From positions 1,178,001 through 1,242,000 of the forward strand of contig NIVC01000040.1 of the NCBI GenBank assembly GCA_002269645.1: 64,000 bases of DNA, in the 5' to 3' direction. Shown piece by piece: positions 1 through 9,956 of this stretch (position 1 is its first letter; every line of letters begins with the position of its first letter). Source of the DNA: Macrostomum lignano. Taxonomy: Eukaryota. The position numbers and the translations under genes were made by a program. The notes under the pieces were generated by a model. The model saw nothing but the letters and a program-made list of their open reading frames with translations, had not been told where the DNA came from and did not search any database.

Positions 1-574
1 ATATATATATATAAATTATACGCATTATATTTAATCTTTACCCTGTGCCAGTCTTTTTACTATATGGTCTGGGTTCACCCCTCATTTTGTTCTGATTGAA
101 TGCACAAACACAGTTCAGCATTCTTGCCCAACTCCCAATTAAACCACGAGGCTTCACAATGGGCTTGAGAGGTTCCGCAAAGACCAAAGACCAAAAACGG
201 CACATGAGGCACAACGGAATGAATAGTCTGTATAGAATATGTACAGCAACTAAAAATCGAAAAAAGCCTGGGACGCAGACAGGGAAGCAAACAGTCACAC
301 AGGCCCTTTTGCTCATTGCTCTGGCTCTTTGCTCTTTGCTGCTCTTTGTCTTCACATCACACTAAAAAGCCCTTTACCTAGTCCTAGCTAGAAGGCATTT
401 TGCTTGTGGGGCCTGTCTTCTAAGCAAAAGAGAAGAAGGTTGGGGCAGGGACTCCTGAAGCTAACATTCCTAACAACCTTGGCTTGGCTTGCTTTACTAG
501 TCCCGACTCCCGACTCCCTGGGTGGGGCCAGCAAATTTCCTAATTTTATTGCACAAACTATACCCAAAGAAGCA

Positions 575-850
575 TTGCGAATTGGACTGCCAATCGGCCT
601 GTGGCTATCTCAGAAACTAAAAGTCACGCGGCGATAGGTCCTTCTCTGCTTGATGGAGCTCGGCATGCCCAATGACTGTGTAAAAATTCAGAACTGTGGG
701 ATTATCTCAGGCCTCACAAATCGAAGTGGGCTTTTCAGACTTTCCCCATTTCAAAGCATTGCAAATTGGGCAGCTAATCGGCCTGTGGATATCTCAGAAA
801 CTAAAGTCACGCGGCGATAGGTCCTTCTCTGCTTGATATAGCTCGCATGC
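575..850. repeat. Degenerate, inverted copies of the 6130-8105 satellite monomer
   Basis: GCAGCTAATCGGCCTGTGGATATCTCAGAAACTAAAGTCAC and AAAATTCAGAACTGTGGGAT resemble the reverse complement of the satellite monomer. Confidence 0.65.
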
Positions 851-3765
851 CTAATCTTCCCGTGGACCCCACTGAATTTGTTTTGTTCACAATTTATCAC
901 TCCATTGTTTGCTGAAATTTGGTGTGGTCTCCACGCGACGTATAGGTTTCCATTGGGTACTGTTTCATTCTAAACAAGCATTAGAACTGTTTAGCACTTT
1001 ACAAATGAAAGAAATGTACGCTGAGTACGTGCAAGTTTGCAACATACTGATTATGTGCATGTACAAGCTACATACAGGTTTGCAGTCTGGCTGGCTCCAA
1101 TTAATATGGTTTGGAGTCCTGGACCAAAGCCCAAAACACGATGAGTTGAGGCCCGCTACGCCGCTAGGGCACCCGTTTTCGCGTGAGCTGGGGCCCTCTA
1201 GGCCAGGGCCCGACCGATGGCGTGATAAGTAGGGGTAAGGTAAAAATTGTCCACATGCTTGCACACTTTGCTCTCATGAAAGACTGCCAGAAGTATACTG
1301 TACACTGACAGCATAAAGAATTCTTGCAAAGCAAGTGTTGTCCCATAAAAAATGTACACTCACTCGTCCCTCCTTCCCTCCCCCGGGGTCCGACCAGAAG
1401 AGACCATACTGTTGTGTTCACAGGGAGTTGCAAATTCCCTGCGGGGTCCCCATTATCTATGATTCTATGGGGTCCCCGCGTGGTGGCGCAAGGGACGTGA
1501 GGTTGCTGCTTCCCTCCCCTCAGCTCAAGGACAATGATCAATAAATCTTTAAACGGAGAAGCTTGCGATAGACTTGCAATAACAAAGCTGATGAACCCCT
1601 GTTTGCTTGCAAACATATATTCCACTTGCTGAGTGGACAGAATAGAAAAAACTAGATAATTCCCTCACGCTTCAATGCATGGGTTTTCATCAAGGATTTC
1701 TATACAAACCAAGCCAGCAAGTATATTTTTGCAACACACAGAAAGTAAAGCTAGCTTGTAATTGTAACTCTCCAACAGGCAACCCAATGCTCAGAGCCAG
1801 CTAGGCCATTATTAATATCAATGCTTCTATTCCAACACTAATAGAAAAGCGAGCAGCGAGCCTCGGTATTGATCACCCTCTTTGTCCATAAATGAATGTA
1901 CAAAATAATGAATACATGCACAAAGCCATCTAACAACCATATATTTTAATTTTACCCATTGCATGAACAAAATGAAAGAATATAAAGAATGCAAGACAAA
2001 CCAGCGCAAGGAAAATATACAAAGAGGACCCTCCCGGAGAAGGGACATTTCGTAAAGCATTTCCTGTTAGAGTGAAAGCTTCGTAGGTCTGGCCAAGGAG
2101 TTCTACATTTAGAACTCCTTGGTCTGGCCCAGAAAGCAACACGGCAATCGAAGTTAGGCATGGCAACATTAAATCACTTCACTTTTGTCAATCTGTCATG
2201 GTGGTAATGGTGGTACGGTTTCTTGGGGGGGGGGGTTATTCAACAGACCATATAGAATGGTCTGTGGTCTGTGGGTTATTCAGCGCCCCGCTTCCAGTCC
2301 CGGACTTAGGGGTCCTTGGATTACTTGGACTGTGAGAAATCGAGACACTTCATGAAACGTAGAAAAAAATAGAATAAAGATCGGTTCCTCCATATCTCCT
2401 CGTCAACACAGCAAGATAGGCAAGATAAGGGTATTTGCTTTGTGTCTAAAAGTTGGGGTCCATATTGAAGCCAAAAGCTTCGGGACCATCCATATATACC
2501 CATATAGCAGAGCACTGGCTCTTAGCCTCTTAGCAATTGAGCAACTGCTTTTGCAAACCCGCAATTACTCCCGCAAGACAGAAAGCAACCCCGCAGAGAC
2601 GGGAGTGAAACGAGAACACGGAAGACAAAGACAAACATATAATTGTAATGTTCCAATCCAACAAAAAGTAAGACACTATTAATTTAGACAAGGAGTACGT
2701 TCGTTAAAGCGAATTTTTGCTTTCTAGGCCACCTCTCGTTCGATGCTTTCTATCGGAAGCATGTGGCCACTGGCCAGCCAAGGAATTCTCTATACTATAC
2801 CCATCTGCTATTCTATGAATGGCCTGCGGCCCGGGTCCGGCTAGTTTCACTTCCAGGTATAAAGGATTCCAATTTCCTTGGGCCAGTCAAGGACCCCTAA
2901 AGCTAGGAGCCTAGGACCCTTAATGCTAGTTTTATTTTGGGGTCCTCGTGCAATTTTATCACGACACATGAAGCGACACGACAGAAAATCCCGCAGGAAG
3001 TGGTGACTGGGGAATTTTACATTATTGAGTCTCCCCAGTCCCCATTACAAGGGACAGTAGAGTAGTAGGTAGATCCATGCAGGAAGTTGTGGCGGTGGGC
3101 GGACTAAGGTTGAGGTGTTCGTGTTGGACATGTGAAGGCTGCATGGAAGTCCAGATTCAAAGGAAAATGTTTTTAATTTCGATTCACTATTTTCGCGCAT
3201 ACGCACTCTCCAAAATCAATAGTCCAGCTTCCCTCTGTAGGCCAGAAATTGTCTAACAGGATGAAGCCTTGATAAATGAGTAGTCAGGCAGAGTAGCAAC
3301 GACAAATCCTTGGCGTCGGTCGACATCGATAAGCATAGCATAGCAGGTCATAGCAGGTCAGGATAGCATATGGCCATGGCCATGCCGGTAGAGTCCCTGC
3401 AGCATGTCGTACACTGGCTCAAACAGTGGCTCTCCGCTGAGATGATTGGCCGGCCAGCTGCAGACGCAAAGGAATTGCAACTTGCAAGGGCCTAAAAGAA
3501 TGTAAGCATCATTACAAATAGAGATTCTGTGATTTAGTAAGAATAGTTATATTGATAATAACTCAGTCTTATCATAGTTAAGTTGAACAAAATCAGAAGA
3601 CGTGTATCGATTTGCAAATGTCAGATCGAATGGTGCAAGTTCTATGAAAATCTGTTTTTTGAGTCGTTTTCTCTGTAATCGACTGTGCATAAAGACATGC
3701 AGACAGAACATTCCAATTTTAGTATAGTGGATGGAAGAAGATTTTGAATAGCTAAATAGACTCAC

Positions 3766-5721
3766 CTAGCAGTCACCACCAGCTAGTGGAACCACGTAGT
3801 ATGTGACATTCTGGCCATCATGAGGGAGCAACCAGCATTTCCGCTGAGGCTTGCCAGTTAGGACGACTTCCGTGAGACGATAAATTCCAATTCCAATTTT
3901 CATTGAGCTGTACGGATATGAATAGACCTCCCTTTCAGGCAGCAAAACTCGGCCTGATGCTTCTCCGCTTTCACTGAAGCCCTCAATTAGAATGCAGGAG
4001 TTGTTTATGAAGCAACAGTTGTCTCCAAATTTACAGCTGTACTTTAGTGGCTTGACGGGCGCAAATTGCGTGAGCGTGATGTTCCGCACGTACAGAACTT
4101 GTTTCACAGCATGAGCAGCGGCATGTCTGGTCACTTTCATGCGACGCTTAATGGAGCCCAGATAGTTTTCAAAAGGGAAAGTAGAAAAGTTGTTGACACT
4201 CCCATACCTGCGAACAAATTGATCAATATGCAGTAACGCGTGAAAATTATAACTAATTGACGCCTGGCCAAACAATTGAGCGGATCGTTCAACAAAGACT
4301 TCCAGACAGCTCTTTGCTTGGTCGAAGTATTTCGCATGCCTCTCACTGGAGTAGATGTACATGGCAAAATGCAGCAACATGAAATGATCATACAATGCGT
4401 CCTTCAAGTATCCTCTAAAGAATACAGGAGCAAGATATAGCAGATACTGCCTGTACTCGGATGCCTTTAGAAATTTCAGATCAGAGTCGAGCCTTCTGGG
4501 TCTTCTTTGAAAATTGGACGGAGTCCATGGAGCTGCAGCTGCAATTCTGTCCGACAAACGAGTGATGCACGCTGGCAGAATTTTGCTTTTCCGTCCACCG
4601 TCCTTGCTGAAGTAGTAGAAAAACAATTTTCTCACAATTCCTAAGCAAGCTGCATGCTGGAATTCCACAGGGAAGGACCAAACAAAGTCAACATTTGGCA
4701 ATAACAAAAGAGGCGATAACTTTCTCTTCTTTTGATTCGACTCCTTCCCAGCGCGATATTCTTCTCCGCACCTACTTTCGCCGACCGAAGTAGAATATGT
4801 CACTCTGTTGCTGACATACTGTCCGATGGCTCGGCAATAAGTGCATCCAGTATAAGCTGTGTGCCCCGCGACGCTGCAGATGTAGGCCCTTGCTGGCGTA
4901 TCACACACAAATTTGATTGATGAGAACATGACGCTGACTGCATCAGCAATTTTGACTGGACCCGACAGAAATCGAGTGGCTTCATGGCAAAATTTTCGAA
5001 GAAAGTCTTTAAGTGCCGGCTTTCCTTTTCCAGCATAAACAGCCACCGGAAATGGTCTCGCAAAAGTCTCCGGTATTAGCATGAGGATAGGCCATAGACC
5101 AAAATTACTCGATCGATACAGCGGTAATCCATCCGTGTTCAGAAGGGCAGAGAATGAGTAGAAAGTTGATTCCTCTGTTGATCGCATACTGTCCGGCCTA
5201 AGGTTTAGCTGGCCCTTGCTGTGCAGCAGTTGTAAATTGTCAAGAATCGAGATGTAATGAAAGTAGCCGTCACCCATTTCTTCAAGCGAAGCACTCTTCT
5301 TACCACCTTTCAAAATCTTGTCGATCATGTGCGGAGACTTCGGTGCAGGTAAGCCGATTTTGCGCAATCCAGTCAACAGAAATATCCTGCCATTGCGTGA
5401 GACATTGTACAGCACAAAGAAGAGCGCCAACAAAGTTTCAAGCTTCTCGTCCAAGCTGCGATTGTCTTCTTCCCTCTCGTCTTCATCTTCATCGCCGCTG
5501 TAGCTGGCGCTACTCACTGACTCAAGCTCGTGAAAAATCGGTTCGCCGTTGGGATCCACTTCCAGTGTCTCTGTGACTTGTTCCGGGACAGCTTGCTGCG
5601 GCATTGCTTCATCAGTCATCAGCTCATCCTCACAATCAACTGGCAGGTCGGCTGCCCCCGTGTCTTCAAGAAGCAAGTTCATCAGATACTTGCTGGCTTG
5701 CCGTCTCACATTCCGAGACAT
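3766..5721 (-). CDS. CMC (CACTA/EnSpm-like) DDE transposase, 651 aa from ATG at 5721
   Basis: Uninterrupted ORF with family motifs LNTDGLPLY..WP, FVCDTPARA..GH..YTGCTYC, EFQH..CLG, LKASEYRQYLLY, YNFHALLH and FPFENYLG. The ORF-track TTG start is probably intronic (branch-like CTAAT and TTTTAAAG acceptor just upstream). Confidence 0.88.
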   Translation of the reverse strand: MSRNVRRQASKYLMNLLLEDTGAADLPVDCEDELMTDEAMPQQAVPEQVTETLEVDPNGEPIFHELESVSSASYSGDEDEDEREEDNRSLDEKLETLLALFFVLYNVSRNGRIFLLTGLRKIGLPAPKSPHMIDKILKGGKKSASLEEMGDGYFHYISILDNLQLLHSKGQLNLRPDSMRSTEESTFYSFSALLNTDGLPLYRSSNFGLWPILMLIPETFARPFPVAVYAGKGKPALKDFLRKFCHEATRFLSGPVKIADAVSVMFSSIKFVCDTPARAYICSVAGHTAYTGCTYCRAIGQYVSNRVTYSTSVGESRCGEEYRAGKESNQKKRKLSPLLLLPNVDFVWSFPVEFQHAACLGIVRKLFFYYFSKDGGRKSKILPACITRLSDRIAAAAPWTPSNFQRRPRRLDSDLKFLKASEYRQYLLYLAPVFFRGYLKDALYDHFMLLHFAMYIYSSERHAKYFDQAKSCLEVFVERSAQLFGQASISYNFHALLHIDQFVRRYGSVNNFSTFPFENYLGSIKRRMKVTRHAAAHAVKQVLYVRNITLTQFAPVKPLKYSCKFGDNCCFINNSCILIEGFSESGEASGRVLLPEREVYSYPYSSMKIGIGIYRLTEVVLTGKPQRKCWLLPHDGQNVTYYVVPLAGGDC

Positions 5722-6129
5722 CTCTGCTTTAAAAGCGATCAATTAGGTAAGTTGTAAATTTGAAAGCAATTAGCATTCGTTGGTGTTTTATCAATTTGGC
5801 TGAAAAAGTCGGAAATGGGAATGGTGGGTTTGGGCTTTAGCAGGAAGGCAGCCAATGGGCATCTGGCAATGCAAATAACGAACCGCCGTAATTGGTTCGG
5901 CGGTTCGGCGGTTGGCAGTAATTGGTTCCGCCCCGTATCGCTCATTTTCTCCCAGAATGCAGACACCGACTTCTTCATCAAATATTGAACACTTCAAAAT
6001 TCAAGTGCGTCAAACTTAGAAGTTTGCGCAAAGCGCGAATACCAGAAGGCCATTTTTTTCAGTTCAAACGAAAGTAGCCGGGCGCAGTTTTGACCATCCT
6101 GGTCCCTGCTGCATAGATCATAACATCAT

Positions 6130-8105
6130 GGCGATCAATCAGATAAAAACCATTGCCGAGTGACTTTTAGTTTTTCAGATATCCAGAGGCGGATTAGCAG
6201 GTCTGAGAATGCCCGCTTGCGATTTGTGAAGTTTGAACTGATCCCACAGTTCTGACTTTTCACACAGACCTTGGGCATCCAGTGCGCTATCAATCAGATA
6301 AAAACCATTGCCGAGTGACTTTTAGTTTTTCAGATATCCAGAGGTGGATTAGCGGCCAATTTCCAATGCTTTCAAATGGGGAAGGACTAAAATGACCCAC
6401 TTTGATTTGTGAAGCCCGAGATGAAACCTCCGTTCTGACTTTTCACACAGACCTTGGGCATCCAGTGCGCAGTCAATCGGAGAAAGAAACATAGCCGAGG
6501 GACTTTTAGTTTTTCAGATATCCAGAGGCGGATTAGCAGGTCTGAGAATGCCCGCTTGCGATTTGTGAAGTTTGAACTGATCCCACAGTTCTGACTTTTC
6601 ACACAGACCTTGGGCATCCAGTGCGCTATCAATCAGATAAAAACCATTGCCGAGTGACTTTTAGTTTTTCAGATATCCAGAGGTGGATTAGCGGCCAATT
6701 TCCAATGCTTTCAAATGGGGAAGGACTAAAATGACCCACTTTGATTTGTGAAGCCCGAGATGAAACCTCCGTTCTGACTTTTCACACAGACCTTGGGCAT
6801 CCAGTGCGCAGTCAATCGGAGAAAGAAACATAGCCGAGGGACTTTTAGTTTTTCAGATATCCAGAGGCGGATTAGCAGGTCTGAGAATGCCCGCTTGCGA
6901 TTTGTGAAGTTTGAACTGATCCCACAGTTCTGACTTTTCACACAGACCTTGGGCATCCAGTGCGCTATCAATCAGATAAAAACCATTGCCGAGTGACTTT
7001 TAGTTTTTTAGATATCCAGAGGTGGATTAGCGGCCAATTTCCAATGCTTTCAAATGGGGAAAGACTAAAATGACCCACTTTGATTTGTGAAGCCCGAGAT
7101 GAAACCTCCGTTCTGACTTTTCACACAGACCTTGGGCATCCAGTGCGCAGCCAATCGGAGAAAGAAACATAGCCGAGGGACTTTTAGTTTTTCAGATATC
7201 CAGAGGCGGATTAGCAGGTCTGAGAATTCCCGCTTGCGATTTGTGAAGTTTGAACTGATCCTACAGTTCTGACTTTTCACACAGACCTTGGGCATCCAGT
7301 GCGCTATCAATCAGATAAAAACCATTGCCGAGTGACTTTTAGTTTTTCAGATATCCAGAGATGGATTAGCGGCCAATTTCCAATGCTTTCAAATGGGGAA
7401 AGACTAAAATGACCCACTTTGATTTGTGAAGCCCGAGATGAAACCTCCGTTCTGACTTTTCACACAGACCTTGGGCATCCAGTGCGCTATCAATCAGATA
7501 AAAACCATTGCCGAGTGACTTTTAGTTTTTCAGATATCCAGAGGCGGATTAGCAGGTCTGAGAATGCCCGCTTGCGATTTGTGAAGTTTGAACTGATCCC
7601 ACAGTTCTGACTTTTCACACAGACCTTGGGCATCCAGTGCGCTATCAATCAGATAAAAACCATTGCCGAGTGACTTTTAGTTTTTCAGATATCCAGAGAT
7701 GGATTAGCGGCCAATTTCCAATGCTTTCAAATGGGGAAAGACTAAAATGACCCACTTTGATTTGTGAAGCCCGAGATGAAACCTCCGTTCTGACTTTTCA
7801 CACAGACCTTGGGCATCCAGTGCGCAGCCAATCGGAGAAAGAAACATAGCCGAGGGACTTTTAGTTTTTCAGATATCCAGAGGCGGATTAGCAGGTCTGA
7901 GAATGCCCGCTTGCGATTTGTGAAGTTTGAACTGATCCTACAGTTCTGACTTTTCACACAGACCTTGGGCATCCAGTGCGCTATCAATCAGATAAAAACC
8001 ATTGCCGAGTGACTTTTAGTTTTTCAGATATCCAGAGGTGGATTAGCAGCCAGTTTGCAATGCTTTCAAATGGGGAAAGTCTAAAATGACCCACTTTGAT
8101 TTGTG
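6130..8105. repeat. Tandem satellite of about 12 monomers (about 155 and 184 bp) in a 339-bp higher-order repeat
   Basis: Near-identical 81-aa ORFs recur at 6387, 6726, 7065 and 7742; every monomer shares TTTTAGTTTTTCAGATATCCAGAG and CACAGACCTTGGGCATCCAGTGCG. Confidence 0.95.
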
Positions 8106-8924
8106 GAGCCCAAGTGGAGCCCATTATCCGAGGGTTTGTCACCGCAGTCCTCGAAATTCACGCAGACTTCCACTCTTGTGGTGGTAGTGATGGTCTCCAG
8201 ATTTCCATCGGGGCCAATTTGCGAAGTCTTGGTGACCGTTTCGGTTGGCTCCCAGCTACATGTAAATGGGTCGCAGAAGTTTGCCCGTCCTTTGAAAGCC
8301 TGCCTCCACGTGCTTCTGCTTCCAGTCGCATTGTCGTCGGTGTCGTTCGTGTTGTTATTTGCATCGGCGAAGAACTCGCGGAATATGTCCTCGGCAAGCC
8401 ACACACGCAGCAAAATCACGAATGTATGACAGTTGTAACATTTTGCTTTGTTATTTGCGGTAGCTTATACGAGAAGTAGAAGGGAAAACGAAGCGGGAAT
8501 GCCACTGATAATGATAATTATCAACAACAATGTCTACTGAAAATGCTTTTCGGGACAATTTTTTGCTGCCAATTCTACCGAGGCGCGGATCAAGGATTTT
8601 CCCCAGGGGAGCAAGCATATACGTCAGTGACCAATGTCCAGTTGAAACGCCCAACTCAAAGTGGAAAATGAAAATGAAAATTGAACAAAGTTTATCTTAC
8701 TGCTCTACTGTAAGTAGATAGGTGGGAGAAAAGGTGTGACAAGAAAGAAAAAAATTTAATGCTGACAAAAATTATTGCATTATGAATTCATGATGCATTT
8801 GCATCATTATTCGACAAAAATCGTTAATGGGCTCAATACACAAAGATTAAATAAATTTGTTACTTGTATGCTCGATCATCTCGCCTTAGCATCGATTTTA
8901 ACAAGAAAATTCGTCAACAATAAA

Positions 8925-9167
8925 ACAGTGCGCCAAATAGTGCGCCTTGGGGATTGTAAAGAGAACTAAAATAAATAGAATTTTTTTTTGCTTTTATAAA
9001 TTTGCAATCTCCAAAGCATCATGGTCCTCGCATTTCAGGGAAAATCAACCGCCTTTTTTATTGCATGAATGCAGTAAAAAAAATTCTTCCCATAATTGAC
9101 GGGCGTACCCTGGCATACCCCTAGGCGTACTGCGCCCACAGTGCGCCCAAATTTTTTTCCCACTGGG
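8925..9167 (-). mobile_element. Probable terminus of the CMC/EnSpm element (CCCAGTG end on minus strand, with subterminal GTGCGCC/GCGTAC repeats)
   Basis: CACTGGG ends at 9167, exactly where homology to the second duplicate copy (48444) begins. The partner terminus is not seen in the window. Confidence 0.5.
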
Positions 9168-9944
9168 TAGTTACAACTTTGGGCTTATAAAATGAGAAAA
9201 CAGTATTGAAATTGGCACAAAAAACACGAGCTTTGATTTTACATCCTGTTGCACTACTGTGGTCCTTGGGTGGAGCTCAGCTACGCAGGACTGGGGGTGG
9301 GTCTACACCACGCCCTCGGCAACTGTACAAGGCGTTTTACATGTATTCTTTATTCAAAGAATTCGTTATAATCCCTTGCTTTGTTGTCTCCCAACGAGAT
9401 GCAAAGATTGCTATAGTACGAGCGTATGTAATCCAATAAAACAAAATGATCAGCAGGAAGGACATCAGGAAAAAACAAAACAAATACGGCCGTCAGATCG
9501 AAGGTGTATTTCCTGAATACAGTATGCACGTATCAATAAAGAATCAACCTCATCTCATATCCACTAAAATGAACGCAAAACTCAATAAAAATGTTTCGTG
9601 ACGCTCGATCGTTCGATGTTGGCCTTTTGCCATAAGGTTTTAGTCAAAATGATTGCAGTGCATTGCAACCAGATCGGAATCCGAGACGTAAAGTCACATC
9701 TTGATGGTAGATAACCCACCGGCACCTGTTTACAAAGCAACCTACTTAGAAGCTCCATTAATATAAAAAGAGTCAAAGAACTCTAACGACCTCGCCGACA
9801 TAAAGCGCAATTCCACCAAGTCTTGAGCTTGAGCACCTTACTGAGCTCAGTAGCCAGCCTGCTATCGGCATGCATGCCAAACTCTGATGTAGCATTTATT
9901 GATTTTTAATTTTCACACGAGTAAACTGTTGTCTCTTGTTGCAG

Positions 9945-9956
9945 AGCACCCGAACT
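9945..9956 (+). CDS. 12-nt microexon (E-H-P-N-F linker), gene A
   Basis: ttgttgcag|AGCACCCGAACT|gtaagt. Confidence 0.85.

Noticed and set aside
1-3350. Short ORFs and recurrent GGGGTCC motifs at the window start
   Set aside because: No recognisable protein motifs, termini or TSDs could be defined
6387-7987. Four near-identical 81-aa ORFs
   Set aside because: They simply track the 339-bp satellite period
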